This document shows, piece by piece, positions 1 to 11,669 of a stretch of 40,000 nt of DNA; within the stretch, counting starts at the first letter, position 1, and every line of letters starts with the position of its first letter. This stretch comes from Ramlibacter tataouinensis (GTDB lineage: Bacteria > Pseudomonadota > Gammaproteobacteria > Burkholderiales > Burkholderiaceae_C). A program made the translations under genes and the position numbers. The notes under the pieces were generated by a model. That model was not told the DNA's origin. It did not search any database and saw only the letters and a list, made by a program, of their open reading frames with translations. The stretch covers positions 54,542 through 94,541 of the forward strand of contig DIZF01000066.1 in the NCBI GenBank assembly GCA_002427815.1, written 5' to 3'.

Positions 1-543
1 CACCAACACCGCCAAGCCGTCGCCGGGATCAATCCGCTGGCGCAGGTGGTGGTCGAGCCCGAGCGGGCCGCCGCGGTGGCGCACGCGTTCGCCCCCATGC
101 CGGCGCTGGCCGATCCGACCGAGCCGGCCATGCAGGCTCTGTGGGCCCCGACGGCCGGGGCATTGCGGCATCCGCGCATTCATGTCATGAAAGGCGAGGC
201 CCGGCCGGATCTGGCGTGGCCCGACCTGGCGCTGTGGCTGGACGATCTGGCAGGCCTGTGCGGCGACCGGCTGTTGCGGTTCAAAGCCATCGCGCATGTG
301 ACGGATTGCGACGATCCGATCCTGATCCAGAGCGTGGGCACCACGTTCGGCGCACCGCAGCGCCTGCGCTCCTACGCAGCGGGCAAGGATGTGTTCGTGG
401 TGATCACGCGCGATATCGATGCCGATGAAATCAACGCCATGGCCGGTGGCGCACCCATTCGCCTGATGGCGCAGCCAGCCAGTCATGGCCGTGACAGGTC
501 TGGGACTATTCCCAGGTTCATTGCATCGAAAATGCGGTTGTAA
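1..543 (+). CDS. COG0523/CobW-family GTPase, C-terminal part (5' end lies outside the window)
   Basis: Frame 1 is open from base 1 to TAA 541-543. The tail (...LLRFKAIAHVTDCDDPILIQSVGTTFG...VFVVITRDIDADEI) follows the CobW C-terminal domain pattern. Confidence 0.55.
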   Translation, partial: HQHRQAVAGINPLAQVVVEPERAAAVAHAFAPMPALADPTEPAMQALWAPTAGALRHPRIHVMKGEARPDLAWPDLALWLDDLAGLCGDRLLRFKAIAHVTDCDDPILIQSVGTTFGAPQRLRSYAAGKDVFVVITRDIDADEINAMAGGAPIRLMAQPASHGRDRSGTIPRFIASKMRL

Positions 544-583
544 TGAGCAGCGAACCCTTCCACTGAAAACCAGGAGCAAATCC

Positions 584-1639
584 ATGTACACGAAAGACCT
601 GAAGCGCCGCAACCTGTTGAAGATGGCATCGAGCCTGGCGCTGGCGCCGGCTTTGCCGCTGCTGCCGTTGTCGGCCCGGGCGGCCGATAACGATGTGGTG
701 GTGGGCACCTGGGGCGGGGACTACCAGAACCTGCTGCAGCAGTTCATTGCGCCGTCCATGACCAAGGCCGGCGTCAACGTGGTGTACGACACGGGCAGCG
801 CCGTCGCGCGCGTGACCAAGCTGAAGGCTGAACACGCATCGCGCCGGGGCTCGATGGACGTGGCGCTGCTGGGCGACCTGGACATGTACGAGGCCTATCG
901 TGGTGAAGCGCTGGCTCCTCCGGATGCGAAACTGGTTCCCAACCTGGCCAACGTCTACGATCAGTTCCGCACGGCGTATTCGATTCCGCACATCTTCAGC
1001 GCCATGGTGATCGTCTACAACAAGGAAAAGTTCAAGACCAGGCCCGAGTCGTTCACGATCGCGATGGATCCTGCCTACAAGGGCCGGGTGGGTTTCTCCG
1101 ACATCCTTTTCAATTTCAATACCTTGTTCGTCGGCCTCGCCGCGGGCGGTGGCGCCAACAGCTTCGATCCGGGCATGAAGTTTCTGACCGAGTTGAAGAA
1201 GAACGAGCCCAAGGTGTTTCCGTCCAACGAGGCCGTGGCGGCCGCGTTCAAGTCGGGCGAGATCTGGATGGCGTGCATGTGGAAAGCGCGCGCGCTGCAA
1301 TGGCGCGACGCGGGCCTGCCGGTTGACTACGTGATTCCCAAGGAAGGCGCGATCCCGGTGACATTCGAGGGAGCCGTGCCCAAGAACAGCCGCAACCCGA
1401 AGGCCGCCTGGCAGTACGCCAACGCCTTGCTCGACCCCGAGGGCCAGTTGCAGTTCGCCCGGGCGATGGGCTATGCCCCGACAGTGCGCAACGCGGGCCT
1501 GCCGCCCGACTTGCAGGCGCGGGTGGGCTTTACCGACGAAGAGATCAAGCGCATCCACAAGTACGACCTGAAAGTGCTGTACGAGACCAAGAATGCGTGT
1601 CTGGACTTTTGGAACAAGAGCTTCAAGACCGGCCTTTAA
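584..1639 (+). CDS. ABC transporter periplasmic substrate-binding protein (PotD/PotF-like) with a twin-arginine signal
   Basis: ATG 584 is preceded by AGGAG at 572-576. The N-terminus MYTKDLKRRNLLKMASSLALAPALPLLPLSARA/AD has an RRxLLK Tat motif and an ARA cleavage site. The body resembles polyamine-type binding proteins and is a distant paralogue of 25892-26959. Confidence 0.8.
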   Translation: MYTKDLKRRNLLKMASSLALAPALPLLPLSARAADNDVVVGTWGGDYQNLLQQFIAPSMTKAGVNVVYDTGSAVARVTKLKAEHASRRGSMDVALLGDLDMYEAYRGEALAPPDAKLVPNLANVYDQFRTAYSIPHIFSAMVIVYNKEKFKTRPESFTIAMDPAYKGRVGFSDILFNFNTLFVGLAAGGGANSFDPGMKFLTELKKNEPKVFPSNEAVAAAFKSGEIWMACMWKARALQWRDAGLPVDYVIPKEGAIPVTFEGAVPKNSRNPKAAWQYANALLDPEGQLQFARAMGYAPTVRNAGLPPDLQARVGFTDEEIKRIHKYDLKVLYETKNACLDFWNKSFKTGL

Positions 1640-1900
1640 GGATCAATTGGTCCCCGCCACAGGCTGAGGACTACGGCAACGCTTCGTGATCGCGGGCCGC
1701 AGCCCTTGACGTTGCGTGCGCGTGGAACGTTGAGGAAGCCGACGCTCACCTCACTTGGAAGTTAGGGTTTCCTCGGCACCCACGCAAGGAGTGTCTGCTT
1801 TGAGTCAATTGTGTTGAAGAACTCGACGGGCGCAGGACGCGGGCAAGTGGGCCCGTGCGCCGCCGGCGCGTTGGTGCTGTAATAGCACGCTTCGCCACCT

Positions 1901-2674
1901 GTGGTGGGTTCCATCGTGGATGCACGCGCAGCGGCAGGCAGCCCGCTTTACCTTCTCGAACGCAGCGACGTCGGCCTGGTTCAACTCGACCGTGACCTCA
2001 AGGTCGTAGCCATGAACAGCTTCGCGCGGCGCGCGCTGCCGGTCGAACACATGCAGCCCTTCGAGAAGATCGTGCTCTCGTTCCATCCGGAGCGCTCCCA
2101 GTCGAAGGTGAAGTTCCTGCTCGACCAGGCCGAGTGCCCCGTCAGCAATCCGCCGCTGATGACGATGATCATCAATATTCCCGAGCGCGTGCTGCTGATC
2201 AAGGTCAGCAAGATGTCGGACCTGCTCGGCGACACCTTCGGGTATACCCTAGTGTTCTACGACATCACCGAAGCCGTGAGCCGTGACGAGCCTGGCGTGC
2301 CGCGCGCCGACACCAAGCGTCAGCTGCTGAAGATTCCCACTGTGTCGGGCAATCGCATCGTGCTGGTCGATGCGACCGCGGTGCGTTACGTCCGGGCGGA
2401 AGGTCACTACACCTGGGTCCACACGGCGCAGGGGTCGAGTTTCTGCAACCTGACCATCAGCGACCTGGAGGGCCGCCTGGACACCGGCTCGTTCTTGCGC
2501 ATCCATCGCAGCTACGTGGCCAACCTCGATTTCGCCGAGCAGATCGTGCGCGACGACGGCAAGGTCATGCTCAAGCTGAGCGGCGGCGACGATCGCGGCC
2601 TGCCGGTCGCGCGCGCCAGCGTGCCGCGGCTGCTCGAGCGCCTGGGTATCGCGGAACCCGTCGGCGAGCGCTGA
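1901..2674 (+). CDS. PAS-like sensor fused to a LytTR DNA-binding domain (no receiver domain)
   Basis: The C-terminus (IVLVDATAVRYVRAEGHYTWVHTAQGSSFCNLTISDLEGRL..FLRIHRSYVANL) is a textbook LytTR domain. The N-terminal ~130 aa ends in ...LVFYDITE, like a PAS fold. GTG start at 1901; exact start uncertain. Confidence 0.75.
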   Translation: MVGSIVDARAAAGSPLYLLERSDVGLVQLDRDLKVVAMNSFARRALPVEHMQPFEKIVLSFHPERSQSKVKFLLDQAECPVSNPPLMTMIINIPERVLLIKVSKMSDLLGDTFGYTLVFYDITEAVSRDEPGVPRADTKRQLLKIPTVSGNRIVLVDATAVRYVRAEGHYTWVHTAQGSSFCNLTISDLEGRLDTGSFLRIHRSYVANLDFAEQIVRDDGKVMLKLSGGDDRGLPVARASVPRLLERLGIAEPVGER

Positions 2675-2839
2675 GGCCACCGGCAAGCCGCTCGTGCGCC
2701 ATATGGCGCTATTCATGTTCGAGACGCCACCATTCGTGCATCTCCCGGACATGCTGCGCTGCACTATCGCTATCGTCGCCCCCCACGACAGGACTGGGCC
2801 TATCCGGGTCCATCACCGGTTCACGAGGAGACAAAGATC

Positions 2840-3709
2840 ATGATTGCAGCCGGATTCGACTATCACGTCCCGCGCTCGGTCGCCGATGCGATCAAGCTGC
2901 TCGCCGATCTCGGCCCCGACGCCAAACTGCTGGCGGGTGGCCACAGCCTGCTGCCGATGATGAAGCTGCGGTTCGCGCAGCCGAGTCACCTGGTCGACCT
3001 GGGCAAGATTGCGGACCTGCGCGGCATCTCGCAGGTCGGCAACGAAATCCGCATCGGGGCGATGACGACCGAGCACGACCTGCTCCACTCGGCGCTGCTG
3101 GCTGCCAAGGTGCCGCTCCTGGTCGAGGGCGCGGGGTGGATTGCCGATCCCCAGGTGCGCTACAAGGGCACCATCGGAGGCGACATCTCGCACGGCGACC
3201 CGGGCAACGACCAGCCGGCCTTGATGCTGGCGCTGGATGCATCGTTCGTCCTGAAAGGTCCCGGGGGCGAACGCGTGGTCAAGGCCGACAGCTTCTTCCT
3301 CGGCCTGTATTCGACGCTGCTGGAGCCCGGCGAGATCCTGACCGAGATCCGCCTGCCGATTCCCGCCGTGGGCAGCGGCTGGTCCTACCAGAAGCTCAAG
3401 CGCAAGACCGGCGACTTTGCCACCGCGGCCACCGCGGTCCTGCTGGAGATGAAGGGCGCCAATGTCGCCCAGGTCCGCATTGCCCTCACCAACGCCGGCG
3501 CGACCGCGCTCAAGGCCAGCGCGGCCGAGGATTACCTCGCCGGCAAGCCGATCAACGACGCCAGCCTCAACGAAGCGGCCCGCCTGGCCATGAGCATCTG
3601 CGACCCGACGCCCGACCAGCGCGGCGATGTGGCCTACAAGGTGGCCATGTGCGGCGAGATGACGCGGCGTGCGCTGCAGGCGGCCCACGCGCGTGCGACC
3701 AAGGCGTAG
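2840..3709 (+). CDS. coxM: Mo-hydroxylase/CO-dehydrogenase medium (FAD-binding) subunit
   Basis: ATG 2840 follows [28 protein letters not shown]...[17 protein letters not shown] is the CoxM/CutM FAD-binding signature. Confidence 0.9.
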   Translation: MIAAGFDYHVPRSVADAIKLLADLGPDAKLLAGGHSLLPMMKLRFAQPSHLVDLGKIADLRGISQVGNEIRIGAMTTEHDLLHSALLAAKVPLLVEGAGWIADPQVRYKGTIGGDISHGDPGNDQPALMLALDASFVLKGPGGERVVKADSFFLGLYSTLLEPGEILTEIRLPIPAVGSGWSYQKLKRKTGDFATAATAVLLEMKGANVAQVRIALTNAGATALKASAAEDYLAGKPINDASLNEAARLAMSICDPTPDQRGDVAYKVAMCGEMTRRALQAAHARATKA

Positions 3710-3734
3710 ATCACAGCAACCCAGGAGTCGGAAC

Positions 3735-4229
3735 ATGGCGAACACGCACAAGGTGTCATTCAAGCTCAACGGCAAGGACGTCGAGGTGGCAGTCGAGTCA
3801 CGCGAACTGCTGATCCACACGCTGCGCGAGCGGCTGGCCCACACCGGGCCGCACATCGGCTGCGAAACTTCGCACTGCGGCGCGTGCACGGTCGACGTGG
3901 ACGGGATGTCGGTCAAGTCCTGCACCGTCCTGTCCGTGCAGTGCGACGGCGCCGAAATGCTCACCGTCGAAGGCCTCGAGCAGGGCGGTGTGCTGCACGC
4001 GCTGCAACAGGCGTTCCACGAGGAGCACGGCCTGCAATGCGGCTACTGCACGCCCGGCATGCTGACGCGTGCCTACCGCCTGCTCAAGGAGAACCCGAAC
4101 CCGAGCGAGCAGGAGATCCGCTACGGCATCGCCGGCAATCTGTGCCGCTGCACCGGCTACCAGAACATCGTCAAGGCGGTGCAGTCCGCGGCCAGGAAGC
4201 TGGCAGCCGCGCAGACCGCGGCCGCCTGA
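3735..4229 (+). CDS. coxS: Mo-hydroxylase small subunit, two [2Fe-2S] clusters
   Basis: ATG 3735 follows AGGAG at 3723-3727. Cys motifs C-x4-C-G-A-C...C and C-G-Y-C-T-P-G...C-R-C-T-G-Y are present. Confidence 0.9.
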   Translation: MANTHKVSFKLNGKDVEVAVESRELLIHTLRERLAHTGPHIGCETSHCGACTVDVDGMSVKSCTVLSVQCDGAEMLTVEGLEQGGVLHALQQAFHEEHGLQCGYCTPGMLTRAYRLLKENPNPSEQEIRYGIAGNLCRCTGYQNIVKAVQSAARKLAAAQTAAA

Positions 4230-4260
4230 ACCCCCCCACAGAACACCAGGAGACTCCGCT

Positions 4261-6675
<2,415 letters not shown>

Positions 6676-6715
6676 ACGCAGCGGCAATGTGGCTTGCGAT
6701 TGACGAAAAGGACAC

Positions 6716-7336
6716 ATGAAAGTACAGCTCGAAAAGACCTTCGCGATGCCGGCGTCGGCGGACACGGCCTGGGTTCTGCTGCAAGACATCGAGCGGGTGG
6801 CCGGCTGCGTGCCCGGCGCCAGGATCACCGAGCGGATCGACGACCAGCACTACAAGGGCACGATGGCCGTCAAGTTCGGCCCGGCCAGCATGTCGTTTCG
6901 CGGCGAGGTGGAAGTCCTGGCGCTGGAGCACGCGAGCAAGACCCTGCGCCTCGTCGGCAAGGGCACCGACACCACCGGAAGCTCCGGCGCGTCCATGGAC
7001 CTGACGGCCCGTGTGGAGGCGATTGATGCGTCCTCCTGCAATCTGGTGGGCACCAGCGAGGTGTCGTTGAGCGGCAAGGCGGCCGCCTTTGGCGGACGCA
7101 TGATGAGTTCGGTGGCCGACCAGGTGCTCAAGCAGTTCGCCGACACCTTCGCCGCCCAGGTGCGGGACTTGCAGAATCGGCCACCCCCTGGGCCGCCGCA
7201 TGCGACAGCGCGCACGCAATCCGCATCCACGCCAGTGGCGGCGGCGCCTGCGCCGACGCAGCTCGACGGCCTGGCCCTGCTCTGGGCGATCATCAAGGAT
7301 TGGCTGCGCTCGCTGTTCGCGGCGAGGGGGACATGA
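6716..7336 (+). CDS. coxG: CoxG-like SRPBCC protein
   Basis: MKVQLEKTFAMPASADTAWVLLQDIERVAGCVPGARI... is the typical CoxG N-terminus. It has a low-complexity Ala/Pro tail. Confidence 0.8.
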   Translation: MKVQLEKTFAMPASADTAWVLLQDIERVAGCVPGARITERIDDQHYKGTMAVKFGPASMSFRGEVEVLALEHASKTLRLVGKGTDTTGSSGASMDLTARVEAIDASSCNLVGTSEVSLSGKAAAFGGRMMSSVADQVLKQFADTFAAQVRDLQNRPPPGPPHATARTQSASTPVAAAPAPTQLDGLALLWAIIKDWLRSLFAARGT

Positions 7337-7407
7337 GCGCCGCGCGGCCGTTCAGTAGGCCGCTCGCTCCCCCTCGGGGGGACGGCCCAAAGGGCCAAGG
7401 GGGCCAC

Positions 7408-8306
<899 letters not shown>

Positions 8307-8313
<7 letters not shown>

Positions 8314-9452
8314 GCCTGGACCCATCGGCACTTCATGACCAGGCCGCCTCGCGCCTGACGGGATTCGCCGGCTTCTTGCGGGCCAACGGGTTTGGCGTGG
8401 GCGGCGGCGACGCCGTCCAGGTGCTGCAAACCGCGCAACGCGTGGGCGTGCTGGATTCCCGCATCCTGCGCTGGAGCCTGCAGGCGTTGCTGTGCGGCCG
8501 CTGCGACGAGTGGCAACGCTTCGACGAACTGTTCGACGCCTGGTTCCTGCCGGCCAACCGGTGGCAGCGTCCGGAACACCGCGACGCCGACGACGGCGCA
8601 TTGAGCGGCGAGTGGCCCAATGGCCCCGCCGGCGATAGCGATGCGGTGGACGACGGCGAAGAGCTGCGGCCACGCACGGCGGCGAGCCGCCAGGAGCTGT
8701 TGACCTCGGCTGACTTCCGCGCCCTGACCGAGCGGGAGCATGCGCTGGACATCGAGGCGCTCATGCGGCGCTTTGCCAGGCAGTTGAAACTCATCCGGCT
8801 GCGCCGCGAGGCGCGCGCCCGCCACGGCCGCCGCCTCGACCTCCCCGCGACGATACGGCGCAGCGTGGCCAGCGGCGGCACGCCGTTCCATCTGGCATGG
8901 AAGGACCGCCGCCGCGTGCGTCCGCGCCTGGTGCTGCTGATCGACGTGAGCCGGTCGATGGCGCTGTACAGCTTCTTCTATCTGCGCCTGGCGCGCGCGC
9001 TCAGCGCCGAACTGTCCGACGTGTACAGCTTCATCTTCCACACCCGCGTCACAGCAGTGTCGCAGGCGCTGCACGATCCCGACCCGTGGCGCGCCCAGGA
9101 GCGGCTGCACCTGATCGCCCAGGGTTGGGCCGGCGGCACGCGCATCGGAGACAGCCTGGCGCAGTTCAATCGCGAGCATGCGCCGCGCATCGTGCACTCG
9201 CGCACCGCCATCCTCATCATGAGCGACGGCTACGACACCGGCGAGCCCGACCGCTTGTCGGACGCACTGGCGCAGCTGCAGCGGCGCGCACGGCGGGTGG
9301 TCTGGCTCAATCCGCTGTGCAACCGGCCCGGCTACGCACCCATCTGCCAGGGCATGCAGGCGGCCATGCCGCACCTGGACCTGCTGGCACCGGGAGCCGA
9401 CCTGGCCAGCATCCAGGCCGTGCTGCCCAACCTGATCGACGCGCTCAGATGA
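8307..9452 (+). CDS. coxE: VWA-domain protein (CoxE-like)
   Basis: The ATG overlaps the coxD stop (ATGTTGA). It has the MIDAS-like LVLLIDVSRSM motif and a C-terminal ...VVWLNPL motif typical of CoxE/VWA partners of MoxR. Confidence 0.8.
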
Positions 9453-9539
9453 CCCCCACGCTCACTGCGTTCGCTGCCCCCGAAGGGGGCGTCAGTACGC
9501 TTGGGGCGGCCCGGCGCGTACTGAGATAGGAGACCCGAC

Positions 9540-10235
9540 ATGGGATGCATCTTCAAAGCCAACGGCCTGTACAGCCGGATGACGGTGGGTGCCGTGCTGC
9601 TGGCGGCCGGCGCCGGCTCGCGTCTGGGCGGGCGACCGAAAGCGCTGCTCGAACTCGGTGGTGTGCCGCTGATCATGCGCCAGCTGATCGCGCTGTCAGG
9701 GGCCGGCGTCGACGAGGTCGTCGTGGTGCTCGGCCATCATGCGCAGGCGATCGAGGCCGCTGTGCGCCAGTTCCCGATCACGCTGGCGCACAACCCGTCG
9801 CCCGACGACGGCCAGGCCTCGTCGGTTCGCATCGGGCTGCAGGCACTGTCGCCCAGGCTCGACGCGGTGATCGTCGCGCTGGCCGATCAGCCGTTGATCA
9901 ACGCGCAGGACATCACCGCGCTGATAGCCGCGTTCAAGAAGCGCGGCGACGCCGCCATGGTGGTGCCGCGGGTGACGACCGCAAGCGGCGATCCCCAACC
10001 GGGCAATCCGGTGATCTTCGACGCAGCGCTGCGCGAGCAATGGCTGTCCGGTGCTGCCGATCTCGCATGCCGGAAGTGGCGGCAGGCCCATCCCGAGCGC
10101 GTGCTCTGGTTCGACACCGACAACCGGCGCTTTCGCGTCGACATCGACACGCTGGAGGATCTGGAGCGCTTTGCCGCGAGCACCGGTCACACGCTGACAT
10201 GGCCGTCGGCGCTCGCACGGGAAGAGGCCGTATGA
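9540..10235 (+). CDS. MobA-like NTP transferase (molybdenum cofactor cytidylyltransferase, MocA-like)
   Basis: VLLAAGAGSRLGG.PKALLELGG.PLI... is the nucleotidyltransferase motif. ATG 9540 is preceded by TAGGAGA; an alternative ATG lies at 9579. Confidence 0.75.
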   Translation: MGCIFKANGLYSRMTVGAVLLAAGAGSRLGGRPKALLELGGVPLIMRQLIALSGAGVDEVVVVLGHHAQAIEAAVRQFPITLAHNPSPDDGQASSVRIGLQALSPRLDAVIVALADQPLINAQDITALIAAFKKRGDAAMVVPRVTTASGDPQPGNPVIFDAALREQWLSGAADLACRKWRQAHPERVLWFDTDNRRFRVDIDTLEDLERFAASTGHTLTWPSALAREEAV

Positions 10236-10446
10236 AGCGAAGGGCGAGGGGCCCCGCTTGCGGGGATCGACCAGCGCAGTGCGGCCATGGCATCCGACGC
10301 CAAGGTCGTTCGATCCAGGACCATCTGCCGGAGGATGCCGTATGAAGCGAAGGGCGAGGGGCCCCGCTTGCGGGGATCGACCAGCGCAGTGCGGCCATGG
10401 CATCCGACGCCAAGGCCGTTCGATCCAGGACCATCTGCCGGAGGAT
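10227..10446 (+). repeat. Tandem direct duplication, 2 x 110 bp, with one mismatch (10306 T vs 10416 C)
   Basis: Read directly: 10227-10336 and 10337-10446 are identical except at one base. Each unit contains a CCCCG-CTTG-CGGGG hairpin and ends in GGAGGATGCC followed by NNATGA. Confidence 0.95.
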
Positions 10447-10451
10447 GCCAC

Positions 10452-11627
10452 ATGACCCGCCTGGCCGGTGCCGTGCTGCTGCGTCTGACGCTGGCGCGCG
10501 CCTGCGCCTGGGCGCTGCTGGTCGCGGGCTGGGTCGGCATCGGCAGCTTCGCGCTGCAGTTCGCACCGTCCGTGAGCTACGGCTTTGCGCTCGTCGCCTT
10601 GTGGCTGGTGGCGCTGGGCGCCGCCGCCGCCGTGGCTACGCGCGGCGGCATGCGCCGGTGGACGCGCGCGCTGGCCCTGGTCGCCGGCGCGGCGATCACC
10701 GTCGTCGGTTTGTCGTCGTCGGTGCATGGCGGGGGCATGGTCGCCGTGCTGCTGGCGCTCGTCGGCTGGGCGGCGTTGACGGCGCTGGCATCCGGTGTGG
10801 TGCGCAGCCTGCGCCTGGCGCAATCCGCGGCGCCGGCGCCGCCGGTCGCTGCCGCGAGCCTGGGTGCCCTGTGCGCTGGCCTGGCGTTGGGCGACCCCGG
10901 CGACTTGCCCGCGCTCGCCACTCGCCTGGCGATATTCGTAGTCGCGACCGCCGCCTTGCTCGTGCTGCTGCAGCGCCGGATCGACGAGGGTCCACGCGTG
11001 CCGGGGTGCCGCGCCGGCCTGTTCGATTGTTCGCTGCCGGCCTGGCCTTCGGGCGCGTGGCACGACCTGCGGCAATGGCCGATGCTGCTGGCCGGGCTGG
11101 CCATGCTGCCGATGATGGCGGCCTGGTGCAGCGCCGAGGCGGTAGCGCCGCAGACCATGGTGCTGCTGCATCTGGGGGCGATGTTCGGCCCGCCGCTGGT
11201 GCTTAGGGCGTCCGTCTCGCGCTGGTCGCAGGGCACCCTGTCGCTCGTATGCGCCATGCTGCTGGCGGCAGGAGCGGGCTTTGTGACGTGGGCCCCTGCG
11301 CCGCTGGACCTGCTGGGCCTGGCCGTCACGCATGGGGCCGCGTGGGGACTGGCCTGGAGCGGGCAGTTATGGGCGCCGGCGCGGCGCGGCCGGCAGGGCG
11401 CATCGCCCTTGCGTGCCGCCGCGGGTTATGCGGTGTTGACGCTGGCCTTCGGGCTCCTCGTGGAGCATTTCGGCGTGCGCGGCGTAGCGGCGATGCACGT
11501 GGCGTTGGGCCTGGCCGCCGCGCTGGCCTGGTTGTTCGCGCTGGTGGCCGGTCCCGGGTCGGCGGTGACCGATCGCGGGCATTCTCCGGCGGCCCGGCCG
11601 CCGGCTCGTCATGGCGGTGGGCAATGA
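10452..11627 (+). CDS. Polytopic inner-membrane protein of unknown function (~10-12 predicted helices)
   Basis: ATG 10452 lies 6 nt after GGAGGA. The translation is dominated by long Ala/Leu/Val/Gly hydrophobic runs. No family motif was recognised. Confidence 0.6.
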   Translation: MTRLAGAVLLRLTLARACAWALLVAGWVGIGSFALQFAPSVSYGFALVALWLVALGAAAAVATRGGMRRWTRALALVAGAAITVVGLSSSVHGGGMVAVLLALVGWAALTALASGVVRSLRLAQSAAPAPPVAAASLGALCAGLALGDPGDLPALATRLAIFVVATAALLVLLQRRIDEGPRVPGCRAGLFDCSLPAWPSGAWHDLRQWPMLLAGLAMLPMMAAWCSAEAVAPQTMVLLHLGAMFGPPLVLRASVSRWSQGTLSLVCAMLLAAGAGFVTWAPAPLDLLGLAVTHGAAWGLAWSGQLWAPARRGRQGASPLRAAAGYAVLTLAFGLLVEHFGVRGVAAMHVALGLAAALAWLFALVAGPGSAVTDRGHSPAARPPARHGGGQ

Positions 11628-11669
11628 TCTGTTGCACACTGGCAGGCAGTTCGAATCCATCGGAAGCGG

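Noticed and set aside
2700-2839. Sigma-54-type promoter (TGGCGC...) upstream of coxM.
   Set aside because: The GG-N10-GC spacing and the -12 element are not satisfied (TGGCGCTATTCATGTTC), so there is no support.
7333-7407. Alternative coxD start at ATG 7333 (ATGA overlap with the coxG stop).
   Set aside because: It would add 25 residues (SAARPFSRPLAPPRGDGPKGQGGH) translated through the GC hairpin or repeat. ATG 7408 gives the length typical of MoxR/CoxD proteins. It is kept only as an alternative.
10227-10446. Whether the 110-bp repeats could be a CRISPR or satellite array.
   Set aside because: There are only two directly abutting copies with no spacers, so this is a tandem duplication and not a CRISPR array.
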